DNA of 64,000 nucleotides from an uncultured virus (IMG/VR IMGVR_UViG_2599185221_000008) (IMGVR_UViG_2599185221_000008), one strand, 5' to 3'; shown: positions 19,081 to 28,754, numbered from the stretch's first letter. Notes: generated by a model not told the origin, from the sequence alone. Numbers and translations are program-made.

Positions 19081-20296
19081 ACAACTCATCCCCGCTGAAT
19101 ATAACCCAAGGAAGGATTTAAAACCGGGTGATCCGGAATATGAGAAACTTAAACGTTCCCTTGAGGAGTTTGGATATGTAGAACCCGTAATATGGAATAA
19201 GACCACAGGCAGAGTCATCGGAGGTCATCAGCGTTTGAAAATCCTGCTGAGTATGGGCATGGAGGAGATAGATTGCGTAGTTGTTGAATTGGATGAGCAA
19301 AAGGAGAAGGCGCTGAACATTGCACTAAATAAAATAAGTGGTGATTGGGATAAAGACAAATTAGCACTTCTCATCACGGACTTAAATGCTTCAGACTTTG
19401 ATGTGTCTTTGACAGGTTTTGACCCAGGAGAGTTGGACGATCTTTTCAAGGATTCCCTTAAGGATAATATAAAAGAAGATGATTTCGATGTAGACAGCGA
19501 GCTGAAAAAGCCCGCTGTTTCGCATTTAGGGGATATTTGGCTACTTGGACAGCATCGATTAGTCTGCGGAGACAGTACAAAGAAAGACACCTTTGATGTC
19601 TTGATGGATGGGAAAACTGCTAATTTGGTAGTTACGGACCCTCCATATAATGTTAACTATGAAGGCACTGCTGGAAAAATCAAAAATGACAATATGGCTA
19701 ACGAAGCGTTCTACGATTTCCTGCTTGCAGCATTTCAGAACACCGAAGCAGCGATGGCAAAGGACGCTTCTATTTATGTATTCCATGCGGATACCGAAGG
19801 ACTCAATTTTAGAAGAGCATTCTCCGATGCAGGATTTTATCTTTCCGGTACTTGTATTTGGAAAAAGCAGTCCCTTGTTCTCGGTCGCTCTCCTTATCAG
19901 TGGCAGCATGAACCTATTCTCTTTGGGTGGAAAAAGAAAGGCAAGCATAACTGGTATTCCGATAGAAAGCAGACCACCATCTGGGAATTTGAGAAACCAA
20001 AGAAAAATGGCGACCATCCAACCATGAAACCAGTGGCACTTGTGGCATATCCCATTATGAACTCAAGCCTTTCTAATTGTATCGTGCTTGATCCTTTTGG
20101 TGGTTCAGGAAGCACACTGATTGCCTGTGAGCAGACAGATAGAATCTGTTACAGCATTGAACTGGATGAAAAGTACTGTGATGTCATTGTGAAAAGGTAT
20201 ATTGAGCAAGTTGGAAAATCAGACAGTGTGTTTCTCCTAAGAGATGGTTCGAAAATAAGATATTGTGACCTGCCGGAGGTGAATGTAGATGAGTAA
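19055..20296 (+). CDS. ParB-N domain fused to an N4/N6 DNA methyltransferase (beta class)
   Basis: YNPRK and IGGHQR (ParB-N); DPPY, HPTMKP, LDPFGGSGST. Confidence 0.9.
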   Translation: MLIEKIKTKQLIPAEYNPRKDLKPGDPEYEKLKRSLEEFGYVEPVIWNKTTGRVIGGHQRLKILLSMGMEEIDCVVVELDEQKEKALNIALNKISGDWDKDKLALLITDLNASDFDVSLTGFDPGELDDLFKDSLKDNIKEDDFDVDSELKKPAVSHLGDIWLLGQHRLVCGDSTKKDTFDVLMDGKTANLVVTDPPYNVNYEGTAGKIKNDNMANEAFYDFLLAAFQNTEAAMAKDASIYVFHADTEGLNFRRAFSDAGFYLSGTCIWKKQSLVLGRSPYQWQHEPILFGWKKKGKHNWYSDRKQTTIWEFEKPKKNGDHPTMKPVALVAYPIMNSSLSNCIVLDPFGGSGSTLIACEQTDRICYSIELDEKYCDVIVKRYIEQVGKSDSVFLLRDGSKIRYCDLPEVNVDE

Positions 20297-22232
20297 ATTG
20301 AGACTCGGCTCCCTTTTTGATGGGAGCGGAGGTTTTCCTCTAGGCGGTCTGCTCTGTGGCATTGAGCCTTTATGGGCATCTGAAATTGAGCCGTTTCCTA
20401 TAAGAGTTACGACCAAACGCATCCCTCAGATGAAGCATTATGGGGATATAAACAAATTAAATGGTGCGGAGCTTCCACCTGTAGATATCATAACATTTGG
20501 CTCTCCCTGCACAGATATGAGTGTGGCGGGTAAAAGAGCTGGTCTGGACGGAGAACAATCCGTCCTTTTTTATGAAGCAATAAGAATTATCAAGGAAATG
20601 AGGTGTAAGACCAATGGACAATATCCAAGGTATGCAGTCTGGGAAAATGTCCCCGGCGCATTCTCGTCAAATAAAGGAGAGGACTTTAGAGCAGTCCTCG
20701 AAGCGGTCATCGGTGTCAAAGAGCCGAACACCTCGGTGCCTTTACATGAAAAAGGACGATGGCCATACGCTGACATCTATATGGGAGACGGATGGAGTGT
20801 GGCTTACCGAACTATCGATGCGCAATATTTCGGAGTACCCCAACGTCGTCGTAGAATCTACCTTGTCGCAGATTTTGCAGGCAGATGTGCCGCAGAAATA
20901 CTATTTGAGTCCGAAGGCATGCCAAGGAATTTTGCGCCGAGCGGCAGCCCGTGGCAAAGAACTTCCGGAAATGCTAAAAACTGCACTGGAAAGACAGGCA
21001 CTGTATGCTTAAACGATCAAGGTGGACAACGCATCGATGTGCTTGATGGTAAGACAGCAACACTTAGAGCAAAAGCAAATCATCCACCCTGTGTAATGTT
21101 TGAAAACCACAGTCAAGATACACGATACAAAGGCCCCGTTGATGTAGCACCAACTGTATCCGCTACATATGGGAAGGGTGGTAATAATCAACCTTTTGTA
21201 ACAACTGCTGGATTCTGCACAGAACATTCATCGGATAGTCGTAGTATTGGATATGAGGAGGAAATTTCACCAACGTTAAGGGCAGGAGTCGTACCAGCGG
21301 CTGTATCATTAAATGAGACTCCAAAGACCCTAAAAATTCGTTCTGGGTGTGAAGGTGGCGGTAAAGGTGCGTTAATTCAAGATGATAAGTCTGCGACCCT
21401 TGGATGCAACAATGACCAGACCGTTTTTGTGCCTACTGCATTTGGCATCTGTTCTGATAAGAGCAACTCTATGCAGTCAAGCAATCCTCATAGCGGTATA
21501 TATGAAGCGGATACTTCTCGAACCATCGATGCTAATGGTGGAAATCCGGGATGTAATCAAGGTGGTATTGCTGTAGTTGCTCTTCAAGGCTCTATGATTG
21601 GAAGACAGGATAAAAACGGTCCTCAAGGAGCTGGCATAAATGATAATATGAGTTTTACTCTTAATACAGTGGATCGACATGGTGTTGTGTATGCAATTGA
21701 TCGTGAAACCTTTAACTGCGGACAGAATTTTGCTAGAAATTTAGGGATAACAGAAGACAGTGTTGCTTCAACATTAAATGCTCAAGGCCCATCGGCTGTG
21801 GCACAACCTTATCAAAATATCAGCGGTACGATTTCTGCAGGTGCACATCCAAGTGGTTTTAACGGTCAGGATGCATCAAACGATATGCTTATTACAGTCA
21901 AGAAAAACGATGAGCCAAATTATATCGTCCGAAGGCTTACACCAACAGAATGTGCAAGATTGCAAGGCTTCCCGGATGATTGGTGTGATGACCTTGGTAC
22001 GGAAAATCCTACAGAAGATGAAATTTCATTCTGGACGGAGGTTTGGGAAACCCATCGCAAAATCATGGGTAAGAGTAGCAAGCCGAAAACAAGAAAGCAA
22101 ATTATTAAATGGCTTAACAACCCTCATTCCGATTCAGCTGAGTACAAAATGTGGGGTAATGGTGTAGCACTTCCATGCGTCTGTTTTGTGCTGACTGGCA
22201 TTGTGTTATCTGCACGGAATACCGCCGATTAA
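20289..22232 (+). CDS. DNA (cytosine-5) methyltransferase with a very long modular variable region
   Basis: LFDGSGG (I), GSPC (IV), ENV (VI), QRRRRIY (VIII), RRLTPTECARLQGFPD (IX), GNGV (X). Confidence 0.92.
   Translation: MSKLRLGSLFDGSGGFPLGGLLCGIEPLWASEIEPFPIRVTTKRIPQMKHYGDINKLNGAELPPVDIITFGSPCTDMSVAGKRAGLDGEQSVLFYEAIRIIKEMRCKTNGQYPRYAVWENVPGAFSSNKGEDFRAVLEAVIGVKEPNTSVPLHEKGRWPYADIYMGDGWSVAYRTIDAQYFGVPQRRRRIYLVADFAGRCAAEILFESEGMPRNFAPSGSPWQRTSGNAKNCTGKTGTVCLNDQGGQRIDVLDGKTATLRAKANHPPCVMFENHSQDTRYKGPVDVAPTVSATYGKGGNNQPFVTTAGFCTEHSSDSRSIGYEEEISPTLRAGVVPAAVSLNETPKTLKIRSGCEGGGKGALIQDDKSATLGCNNDQTVFVPTAFGICSDKSNSMQSSNPHSGIYEADTSRTIDANGGNPGCNQGGIAVVALQGSMIGRQDKNGPQGAGINDNMSFTLNTVDRHGVVYAIDRETFNCGQNFARNLGITEDSVASTLNAQGPSAVAQPYQNISGTISAGAHPSGFNGQDASNDMLITVKKNDEPNYIVRRLTPTECARLQGFPDDWCDDLGTENPTEDEISFWTEVWETHRKIMGKSSKPKTRKQIIKWLNNPHSDSAEYKMWGNGVALPCVCFVLTGIVLSARNTAD
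20614..21012 (+). CDS. Nested +1-frame ORF, putative C5-MTase beta-subunit-like polypeptide
   Basis: SD GAGGTG 8 nt upstream; ESTLSQILQ...YYLSPKACQGILRRAAARGKELPEML resembles M.EcoHK31I beta as recalled. Confidence 0.65.
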   Translation: MDNIQGMQSGKMSPAHSRQIKERTLEQSSKRSSVSKSRTPRCLYMKKDDGHTLTSIWETDGVWLTELSMRNISEYPNVVVESTLSQILQADVPQKYYLSPKACQGILRRAAARGKELPEMLKTALERQALYA

Positions 22233-22269
22233 TGGAACAGTATTTTCTACAGAAAGATGCCCTAAATGA

Positions 22270-22313
22270 CTTGATATTAACAGCCTTTAGAGTGATATAT
22301 GTATGTACCGAAA
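22270..22313 (+). promoter_or_regulatory. Promoter-like motif CTTGxTA...GCCTTTAGAGTGATATATGTA, copy 1
   Basis: Near-identical copy at 23405-23447. Confidence 0.55.
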
Positions 22314-22332
22314 ATAGAAAGGCGGTATAAAA

Positions 22333-23118
22333 ATGCAGATAAACTATAATGTCACAGGAGCAAAAAGAAAAGAGTTAGTCAACGCAATCAGCCAAAAACT
22401 GAATGCTCCTGTAAGATATCTTGGAGCACCTACATTTGCATATGAGGTGGCAGACTACAACATTGACAAAAACGGGGTAGTCAGAGGACCAGATAATTCT
22501 GAACTGGTTAATGATCTATTAGGCCTTTATGACTTCAATGCGGTTACAGCAGAATATGACACACCACTTCCAAAAGCAGAGCTTGTTCCTGAAAATATTC
22601 AAATTCCCTATGAAGCGGCTCTTGGTGGAAGGGTAAGCCCATATAATGATTACGAAGAATCTCCCGTATACGCCGAGCCAGATGAAATCGAAGATGTTAG
22701 ATTGATTATTCAAATGCCGAGGGAGAGTTTTACCGAAATCGCACTTGATAACCTAAAAGGATTGGTAGAAAGCAAAGAAACCCTTATAAAGAAAGCACTT
22801 GATACTGACTCTATTCCCATTATCGTAAATGAGGAATTTGTAACCTTCCCCTGGTTCCAAAGTGAGTGCTCCGCAGAGGAGGTTAAGGCTTATACTCACT
22901 TTGTAACAGCACTTTGCGAAATGGCAAAGAAGCAGACTCGCGTCAACTCGACCGAGAAATCAGTGGAGAATGAAAAGTACGCTTTCCGTTGTTTCCTTCT
23001 AAGACTTGGCTTTATCGGTCCAGAATACAAAACCGAACGAAAAATTCTCCTCTCCAAACTGTCCGGTAGCTCTGCCTTCAAAAGCGGAACTGCCAAGCAT
23101 AAGGAGGTGAGTGAATAA
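22333..23118 (+). CDS. Conserved phage protein ('virulence-related') sharing its C-terminal domain with the amidoligase
   Basis: YLGAPTFAYEV; C-terminal ENEKYAFRCFLLRLGFIG. Confidence 0.7.
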   Translation: MQINYNVTGAKRKELVNAISQKLNAPVRYLGAPTFAYEVADYNIDKNGVVRGPDNSELVNDLLGLYDFNAVTAEYDTPLPKAELVPENIQIPYEAALGGRVSPYNDYEESPVYAEPDEIEDVRLIIQMPRESFTEIALDNLKGLVESKETLIKKALDTDSIPIIVNEEFVTFPWFQSECSAEEVKAYTHFVTALCEMAKKQTRVNSTEKSVENEKYAFRCFLLRLGFIGPEYKTERKILLSKLSGSSAFKSGTAKHKEVSE

Positions 23119-23345
23119 TGAATATCATTCACCCAGAAATGCTAAAACAACTTAGGAGTTATTACACTCCGGGAACTCGTGTCATGCTACTTAAAATGAA
23201 TGACCCTTATACCAAGCTTCAGCCTGGGACTAAAGGTACGGTTACTAGTGTTGATGACATGGGAACCATCCACGTCAGTTGGGATTCAGGCAGTTCCCTT
23301 GGAGTGGTCTTTGGAGAGGATTTATGCAGGAAAATCGAAGAATAA
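23118..23345 (+). CDS. DUF4314 protein
   Basis: GTRVML..MNDPY..L.PGTKGTVTSVDDMGTIHVSWDSGSSL. Confidence 0.8.
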   Translation: MNIIHPEMLKQLRSYYTPGTRVMLLKMNDPYTKLQPGTKGTVTSVDDMGTIHVSWDSGSSLGVVFGEDLCRKIEE

Positions 23346-23404
23346 AAATACACATTTTAAGACCAATATGGCAGTAAATATGTAGATTTATATTGTAGAA
23401 TTGT

Positions 23405-23447
23405 CTTGCTATATAAGCCTTTTAGAGTGATATATGTATATGCCGAA
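23405..23447 (+). promoter_or_regulatory. Promoter-like motif, copy 2
   Basis: CTTGCTATATAAGCCTTTTAGAGTGATATATGTA. Confidence 0.55.
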
Positions 23448-23480
23448 AGGACAAACACACTTTAAAAGGAGCGAGACACG

Positions 23481-24380
23481 ATGTTAAGTGCAAAATTCGG
23501 GATTGAGATTGAATTTACCGGGATTACAAGGGAAAGGGCGGCTAGAGTCGCTGCAGAGTTTTTGCAAGGCCTTTACAGTGAAGGCGGGACTTACTACGAC
23601 ACCAAGAAGGTAAAAACTTCAGATGGTCGAGTGTGGAAGTTTATGTACGATGGGAGCATCAACTGCCAAAGAAAAGAAGGTAGAAGAAAAGTAGCTGCAG
23701 GTAGAGATTATAGCGTTGAGTTGGTTAGTCCAATCCTAACCTACCGTGAGGACATTGAAACTTTGCAGGAGCTAGTAAGAAAGCTTCGCAAAGCTGGAGC
23801 CTTTACAAATACATCTTGCGGAATTCACATTCATCTAGACGGTGCTGAACATACCCCACGAAGCATTCGAAACTTTGTAAATATCATTGCAAGCAAAAAC
23901 GACTTATTTTATAAAGCACTTCAGATTGCACCGCAGAGAATGAATTACTGCAAAAAGATGGACAGCATTTTGGTTGAGAAGATGAACAGTAAAAAGCCTA
24001 AAACCATGAGACAAATTGAGGACATTTGGTACGAAGGTTACAGCGAGAGTAGAAACACTCATTACCACAACAGCCGCTACCATTTCCTCAACCTTCACAG
24101 CTTTTTTACCGGAAACCATACAGTTGAACTTAGAGGGTTCAATAGCGAACTTCATGCAGGAAAGATAAGAAGCTACATTGTTCTAGCACTTGCCATCAAC
24201 CACCAAGCCTTAACACAAAAGTGTGCATCAGCAAAGAAACCGCAGGTGGAAAACGAGAAATTTGCCATGAGAACCTATCTAAACCGGATTGGTTTCATTG
24301 GGGATGAATTTGCAAACTGCAGAGAACATTTGACAGCAGCACTTTCGGGTTCAGCTGCATGGCGGTTTCGGGCGGCCTGA
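23481..24380 (+). CDS. Putative amidoligase (COOH-NH2 ligase, Amidoligase_2)
   Basis: FGIEIE, DGSI, ELVSPIL, SCGIHIH, RYHFLN, TVELR. Confidence 0.85.
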   Translation: MLSAKFGIEIEFTGITRERAARVAAEFLQGLYSEGGTYYDTKKVKTSDGRVWKFMYDGSINCQRKEGRRKVAAGRDYSVELVSPILTYREDIETLQELVRKLRKAGAFTNTSCGIHIHLDGAEHTPRSIRNFVNIIASKNDLFYKALQIAPQRMNYCKKMDSILVEKMNSKKPKTMRQIEDIWYEGYSESRNTHYHNSRYHFLNLHSFFTGNHTVELRGFNSELHAGKIRSYIVLALAINHQALTQKCASAKKPQVENEKFAMRTYLNRIGFIGDEFANCREHLTAALSGSAAWRFRAA

Positions 24381-24418
24381 GCTGCCCCTAACCCACAAAG
24401 CTAAGAAGGAGGATTACA

Positions 24419-24877
24419 ATGAAGAATAAATTATATCTTGCCTATGGCTCCAACCTTAATCTAAAGCAAATGGCCGACAGATGCCCCACAGCGAAGGTGG
24501 TAGGAGCAAGTCAAATCAATGACCACCGCCTATTATTTCGAGGGGCACACGCGGGCGCTGTGGCGACAATCGAGCCTTTTGAGGGTGGCAACGTACCAGT
24601 TTTAGTTTGGGAGATTACACCGACCGATGAAGCGGCACTTGACCGTTACGAGGGATGGCCGTTCCTTTATCGAAAGGAAACAATAAAAGTGAAGTTGGGA
24701 AGCAAAACCGTCAAGGCGATGGTCTACATCATGAATGATGGTAGACCGCTTGGACAGCCGAGTTGTTATTATTACAGTACAATTTTAGAAGGCTATAAGA
24801 GTGCGGGCTTCGATGTGGAAATCCTGCGCAAAGCTACAACTGATTCAATAGAATCGGAGGAGGTAGCCAATGAATGA
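24419..24877 (+). CDS. Gamma-glutamylcyclotransferase (AIG2-like)
   Basis: YLAYGSNL, LDRYEG. Confidence 0.88.
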   Translation: MKNKLYLAYGSNLNLKQMADRCPTAKVVGASQINDHRLLFRGAHAGAVATIEPFEGGNVPVLVWEITPTDEAALDRYEGWPFLYRKETIKVKLGSKTVKAMVYIMNDGRPLGQPSCYYYSTILEGYKSAGFDVEILRKATTDSIESEEVANE

Positions 24878-25058
24878 GATAATTAAGCAACAAATCCTTT
24901 CCATCCGAGAAAGTGGAGTCACAAATATGTTTGATGTGGACCGAGTACAGTATGAGGCAAATGAACGAGGGTTTTATGAATTGGTAGTCTATTTAATAGA
25001 CCATAAAGCAGAATATGCCCATTTCATACTGACGGGTGAAGTGGATATAAAGAAATAA
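24870..25058 (+). CDS. DUF5049 protein
   Basis: QILSIRESGVTNMFD...YAHFILTG. Confidence 0.75.
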   Translation: MNEIIKQQILSIRESGVTNMFDVDRVQYEANERGFYELVVYLIDHKAEYAHFILTGEVDIKK

Positions 25059-25145
25059 CTAAATCTAAATAGGATAGAGAAAAGGGCTTCATCTATAGGA
25101 TTGAGGCTCTTTTCTTTTGTCCTTTTTCATAAAGGGGCGGTGTTT

Positions 25146-26750
25146 ATGCGGAAACTGAAGAAATATAAGCCGACCGCCTTTATAGCTGAAGGGTCATATT
25201 ACGATAAGGACGCTGCTGATTACGCTGTGGCTTTTATCGAAGCACTCTCCCATACGAAAGGTTCATGGGCAGGCAAGCCTTTTGAACTTATCGATTGGCA
25301 GGAGCAAATTGTCCGTGATTTATTCGGTATCTTAAAACCTAATGGATACCGGCAGTTTAACACGGCTTATATAGAAATACCTAAAAAGATGGGAAAAAGC
25401 GAGCTTGCAGCAGCAATCGCACTTCTCCTCACTTGTGGAGATGGTGAAGAACGAGCAGAGGTATACGGTTGTGCCGCAGATCGCCAGCAGGCATCAATTG
25501 TATTTGAAGTAGCAGCCGATATGGTGCGGATGTGTCCAGCGCTGAATAAACGAGTGAAGTTGCTGGCTTCAACTAAACGACTGGTGTACCTGCCGACCAA
25601 CAGCTTTTATCAGGTATTGTCGGCTGAAGCCTATTCAAAACACGGCTTCAATATACATGGTGTTGTTTTTGATGAACTTCATACTCAGCCAAATAGGAAA
25701 CTATTTGATGTTATGACAAAAGGGTCTGGTGATGCGAGAACCCAACCGCTATATTTTCTTATCACCACTGCAGGGACGGATACCCAGAGTATCTGCTATG
25801 AAACACACCAAAAAGCGGTTGATATTATTGAGGGAAGAAAATACGATCCTACTTTTTATCCCGTAATCTACGGTGCCAAAGAAGAGGATGATTGGACTGA
25901 TCCCAAAGTATGGAAGAAAGCAAATCCAAGCCTAGGAATTACAGTAAGTATCGATAAAGTTAGAGCAGCTTGTGAAAGCGCAAAACAGAACCCTGCTGAG
26001 GAAAATAGCTTTCGACAGCTGCGTCTGAACCAGTGGGTTAAGCAATCTGTCCGTTGGATGCCAATGGCAAAGTGGGATGCCTGTGCGTTTCCAGTAAAAC
26101 CAGAGAGCCTTGAAGGTAGAGTATGCTATGGAGGACTTGATTTATCCTCTACCACTGACATTACAGCCTTCGTGCTGGTGTTCCCACCGGAAGATGAAAC
26201 AGATAAATATACCGTTCTCCCGTATTTTTGGATGCCGGAGGATAATATTGACCTCCGAGTTCGACGAGACCACGTGCAATACGATCTTTGGGAGAAGCAA
26301 GGCTATATTTTAACCACCGAGGGAAATGTAGTCCATTATGGATACATTGAAAAATTCATTGAAGAACTGGGGGAAAAGTACAACATTCGAGAGATTGCTT
26401 TTGACCGCTGGGGCGCTGTTCAGATGGTGCAAAATCTTGAAGGGTTAGGCTTTACTGTAGTTCCTTTCGGTCAAGGTTTTAAAGATATGTCACCACCTAC
26501 AAAGGAACTTATGAAATTGACATTAGAAGAAAGAATAGCACACGGCGGGCATCCAGTACTACGGTGGATGATGGATAACATCTATATAAAAACAGATCCG
26601 GCTGGAAATATAAAACCGGACAAGGAAAAAAGTACAGAAAAAATAGATGGAGCAGTGGCAACTATTATGGCACTCGACCGCGCCATCCGCTGTGGACCAG
26701 GTAATAGTGGAGACTCGGTGTATGACGAGAGAGGTTTAATAATTCTATAA
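25146..26750 (+). CDS. terL: Terminase large subunit
   Basis: PKKMGKSEL, VFDELH, GGLDLSSTTD, KIDGAVA. Confidence 0.93.
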   Translation: MRKLKKYKPTAFIAEGSYYDKDAADYAVAFIEALSHTKGSWAGKPFELIDWQEQIVRDLFGILKPNGYRQFNTAYIEIPKKMGKSELAAAIALLLTCGDGEERAEVYGCAADRQQASIVFEVAADMVRMCPALNKRVKLLASTKRLVYLPTNSFYQVLSAEAYSKHGFNIHGVVFDELHTQPNRKLFDVMTKGSGDARTQPLYFLITTAGTDTQSICYETHQKAVDIIEGRKYDPTFYPVIYGAKEEDDWTDPKVWKKANPSLGITVSIDKVRAACESAKQNPAEENSFRQLRLNQWVKQSVRWMPMAKWDACAFPVKPESLEGRVCYGGLDLSSTTDITAFVLVFPPEDETDKYTVLPYFWMPEDNIDLRVRRDHVQYDLWEKQGYILTTEGNVVHYGYIEKFIEELGEKYNIREIAFDRWGAVQMVQNLEGLGFTVVPFGQGFKDMSPPTKELMKLTLEERIAHGGHPVLRWMMDNIYIKTDPAGNIKPDKEKSTEKIDGAVATIMALDRAIRCGPGNSGDSVYDERGLIIL

Positions 26751-26800
26751 ATTTCAATGATTGTTTGTGGTGTAATTCTTTCAATTTGGAGGTGAGGCCT

Positions 26801-28045
26801 ATGAATTTATTAAAAGGACTGTTTCGTTCAAGGGACAAACCGCAAAACCGTGTGGGTAGCGCATTTTCCTTCCTATTCGGCGGTACATCATCTGGCAAAA
26901 CAGTAAATGAGCGTACTGCAATGCAAGCAACAGCGGTGTATGCCTGCGTAAGAATACTAGCTGAAGCTATTGCTGGACTGCCACTACATGTATATAGATA
27001 TCGTTCTGATGGAGGTAAAGAAAAGATTCCTTTCCACCCTTTGTATTACCTTCTTCATGATGAACCAAATCCAGAGATGACTTCATTTGTGTTTCGAGAA
27101 ACACTGATGAGTCATCTTTTACTTTGGGGCAATGCTTATGCACAGATAGTTCGAAATGGTCGTGGCCAGGCAATTGCGCTTTATCCTCTACTTCCTAACA
27201 AGATGGAAGTAAGTCGAGCATCAAATGGTGAACTGGTTTATACCTACTACCGGGATACAGACGAAAGTGGCCTGAATCCAAAGGGCGGCTATGTCACACT
27301 TCGCAAAGATGATGTACTTCACATACCAGGCTTGGGCTTTGATGGACTCATTGGCTATAGCCCTATTGCTATGGCAAAAAATGCAATCGGTATGTCACTT
27401 GCTACCGAAGAATACGGTGCGGCATTCTTTGCTAATGGAGCCAATCCCGGCGGTGTGCTGGAGCACCCAGGAGTAATTAAAGACATACAGAGAGTCAAGG
27501 ATAGCTGGAATAGTGCTTACCAAGGCACAGCTAAGGCACATAAAATCGCTGTATTGGAAGAGGGCATGAAGTTTCAAGCCATCGGTATACCTCCAGAACA
27601 GGCTCAGTTTTTAGAAACACGGAAATTTCAAATCAATGAGATTGCAAGGATTTTCCGTGTGCCTCCTCATATGGTGGGAGATCTTGAGAAATCTAGCTTC
27701 TCTAATATCGAGCAGCAGTCTTTGGAGTTTGTAAAATACACTCTCGATCCGTGGGTGGTGAGATGGGAGCAAAGTCTCCAGCAATCGCTTATTTTGCCTT
27801 CTGAGAAAACATCAGTATTCATCAAGTTCAATTTAGATGGTCTGCTTCGCGGCGATTATCAAAGCCGAATGAATGGCTATGCTATTGGGCGACAAAATGG
27901 CTGGATGTCAGCTAATGATATCCGTGAATTGGAGGACATGAACCGTATCCCAGCTGAGGAAGGTGGCGATTTATATCTGGTTAACGGAAATATGACGAAA
28001 TTGGCTGACGCAGGAGCGTTTGCCAAAACCGAAGGAGGTCAGTAA
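26801..28045 (+). CDS. HK97-family portal protein
   Basis: AVYACVRILAEAIAGLP, GNAYA, IARIFRVPP. Confidence 0.93.
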   Translation: MNLLKGLFRSRDKPQNRVGSAFSFLFGGTSSGKTVNERTAMQATAVYACVRILAEAIAGLPLHVYRYRSDGGKEKIPFHPLYYLLHDEPNPEMTSFVFRETLMSHLLLWGNAYAQIVRNGRGQAIALYPLLPNKMEVSRASNGELVYTYYRDTDESGLNPKGGYVTLRKDDVLHIPGLGFDGLIGYSPIAMAKNAIGMSLATEEYGAAFFANGANPGGVLEHPGVIKDIQRVKDSWNSAYQGTAKAHKIAVLEEGMKFQAIGIPPEQAQFLETRKFQINEIARIFRVPPHMVGDLEKSSFSNIEQQSLEFVKYTLDPWVVRWEQSLQQSLILPSEKTSVFIKFNLDGLLRGDYQSRMNGYAIGRQNGWMSANDIRELEDMNRIPAEEGGDLYLVNGNMTKLADAGAFAKTEGGQ

Positions 28046-28735
28046 ATGAAGAAGTTCTGGAATTGGGTGCGAGACTCTGATGAAGGGCGCACTCTCTATT
28101 TAAATGGAGTGATATCCGAAGAAACGTGGTGGGGTGATGAGGTCACACCTAAGATGTTCAAAGATGAACTGCTGGCTGGCACCGGTGATATTACAGTGTG
28201 GATTAACTCTCCTGGCGGGGATGTGTTTGCAGCAGCTCAGATTTACAACATGCTTATGGACTATACAGGAAAGGTCACTGTAAAAATTGACGGGCTTGCG
28301 GCAAGTGCAGCTTCTGTTATTGCAATGGCGGGTGGAGATGTATATATGTCGCCGGTATCCATGATTATGATTCATAACCCTTCGACTATTGCCATCGGTG
28401 ATAGCGAGGAAATGCTACGAGCTAAAGCTCTATTAGATGAGGTTAAGGAAAGTATTATTAATGCCTATGAGTTAAAGACTGGTCTTTCCCGAACAAAGCT
28501 TTCTCATCTGATGGATGCAGAATCATGGATGAATGCAAATAAAGCCATCGAACTGGGTTTTGCAGATAAGATCATGTTTATGGAAAATGAAACACCGGAT
28601 TTGACGGATAGCCTTATCTTTAGCAGGATGGCGGTTACTAACTCACTTATTAGCAAACTACCTAAAAAACAAAAACAAAAAACAGGTACACCTATAGAGT
28701 CGCTGGATAAGCGGCTTTCTTTAATTTCTCACTAA
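28046..28735 (+). CDS. ClpP-type head maturation protease
   Basis: INSPGGDV, GLAASAAS, MIHNP. Confidence 0.9.
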   Translation: MKKFWNWVRDSDEGRTLYLNGVISEETWWGDEVTPKMFKDELLAGTGDITVWINSPGGDVFAAAQIYNMLMDYTGKVTVKIDGLAASAASVIAMAGGDVYMSPVSMIMIHNPSTIAIGDSEEMLRAKALLDEVKESIINAYELKTGLSRTKLSHLMDAESWMNANKAIELGFADKIMFMENETPDLTDSLIFSRMAVTNSLISKLPKKQKQKTGTPIESLDKRLSLISH

Positions 28736-28754
28736 TTTAAAGGAGGAAATAACA

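Noticed and set aside
19650..20027. Alternative-frame ORF within the amino-MTase
   Set aside because: No SD or protein-like motifs; likely a chance open frame
21778..22167. Second alternative-frame ORF within the C5 MTase
   Set aside because: No clear SD and no recognisable motif, unlike 20614-21012
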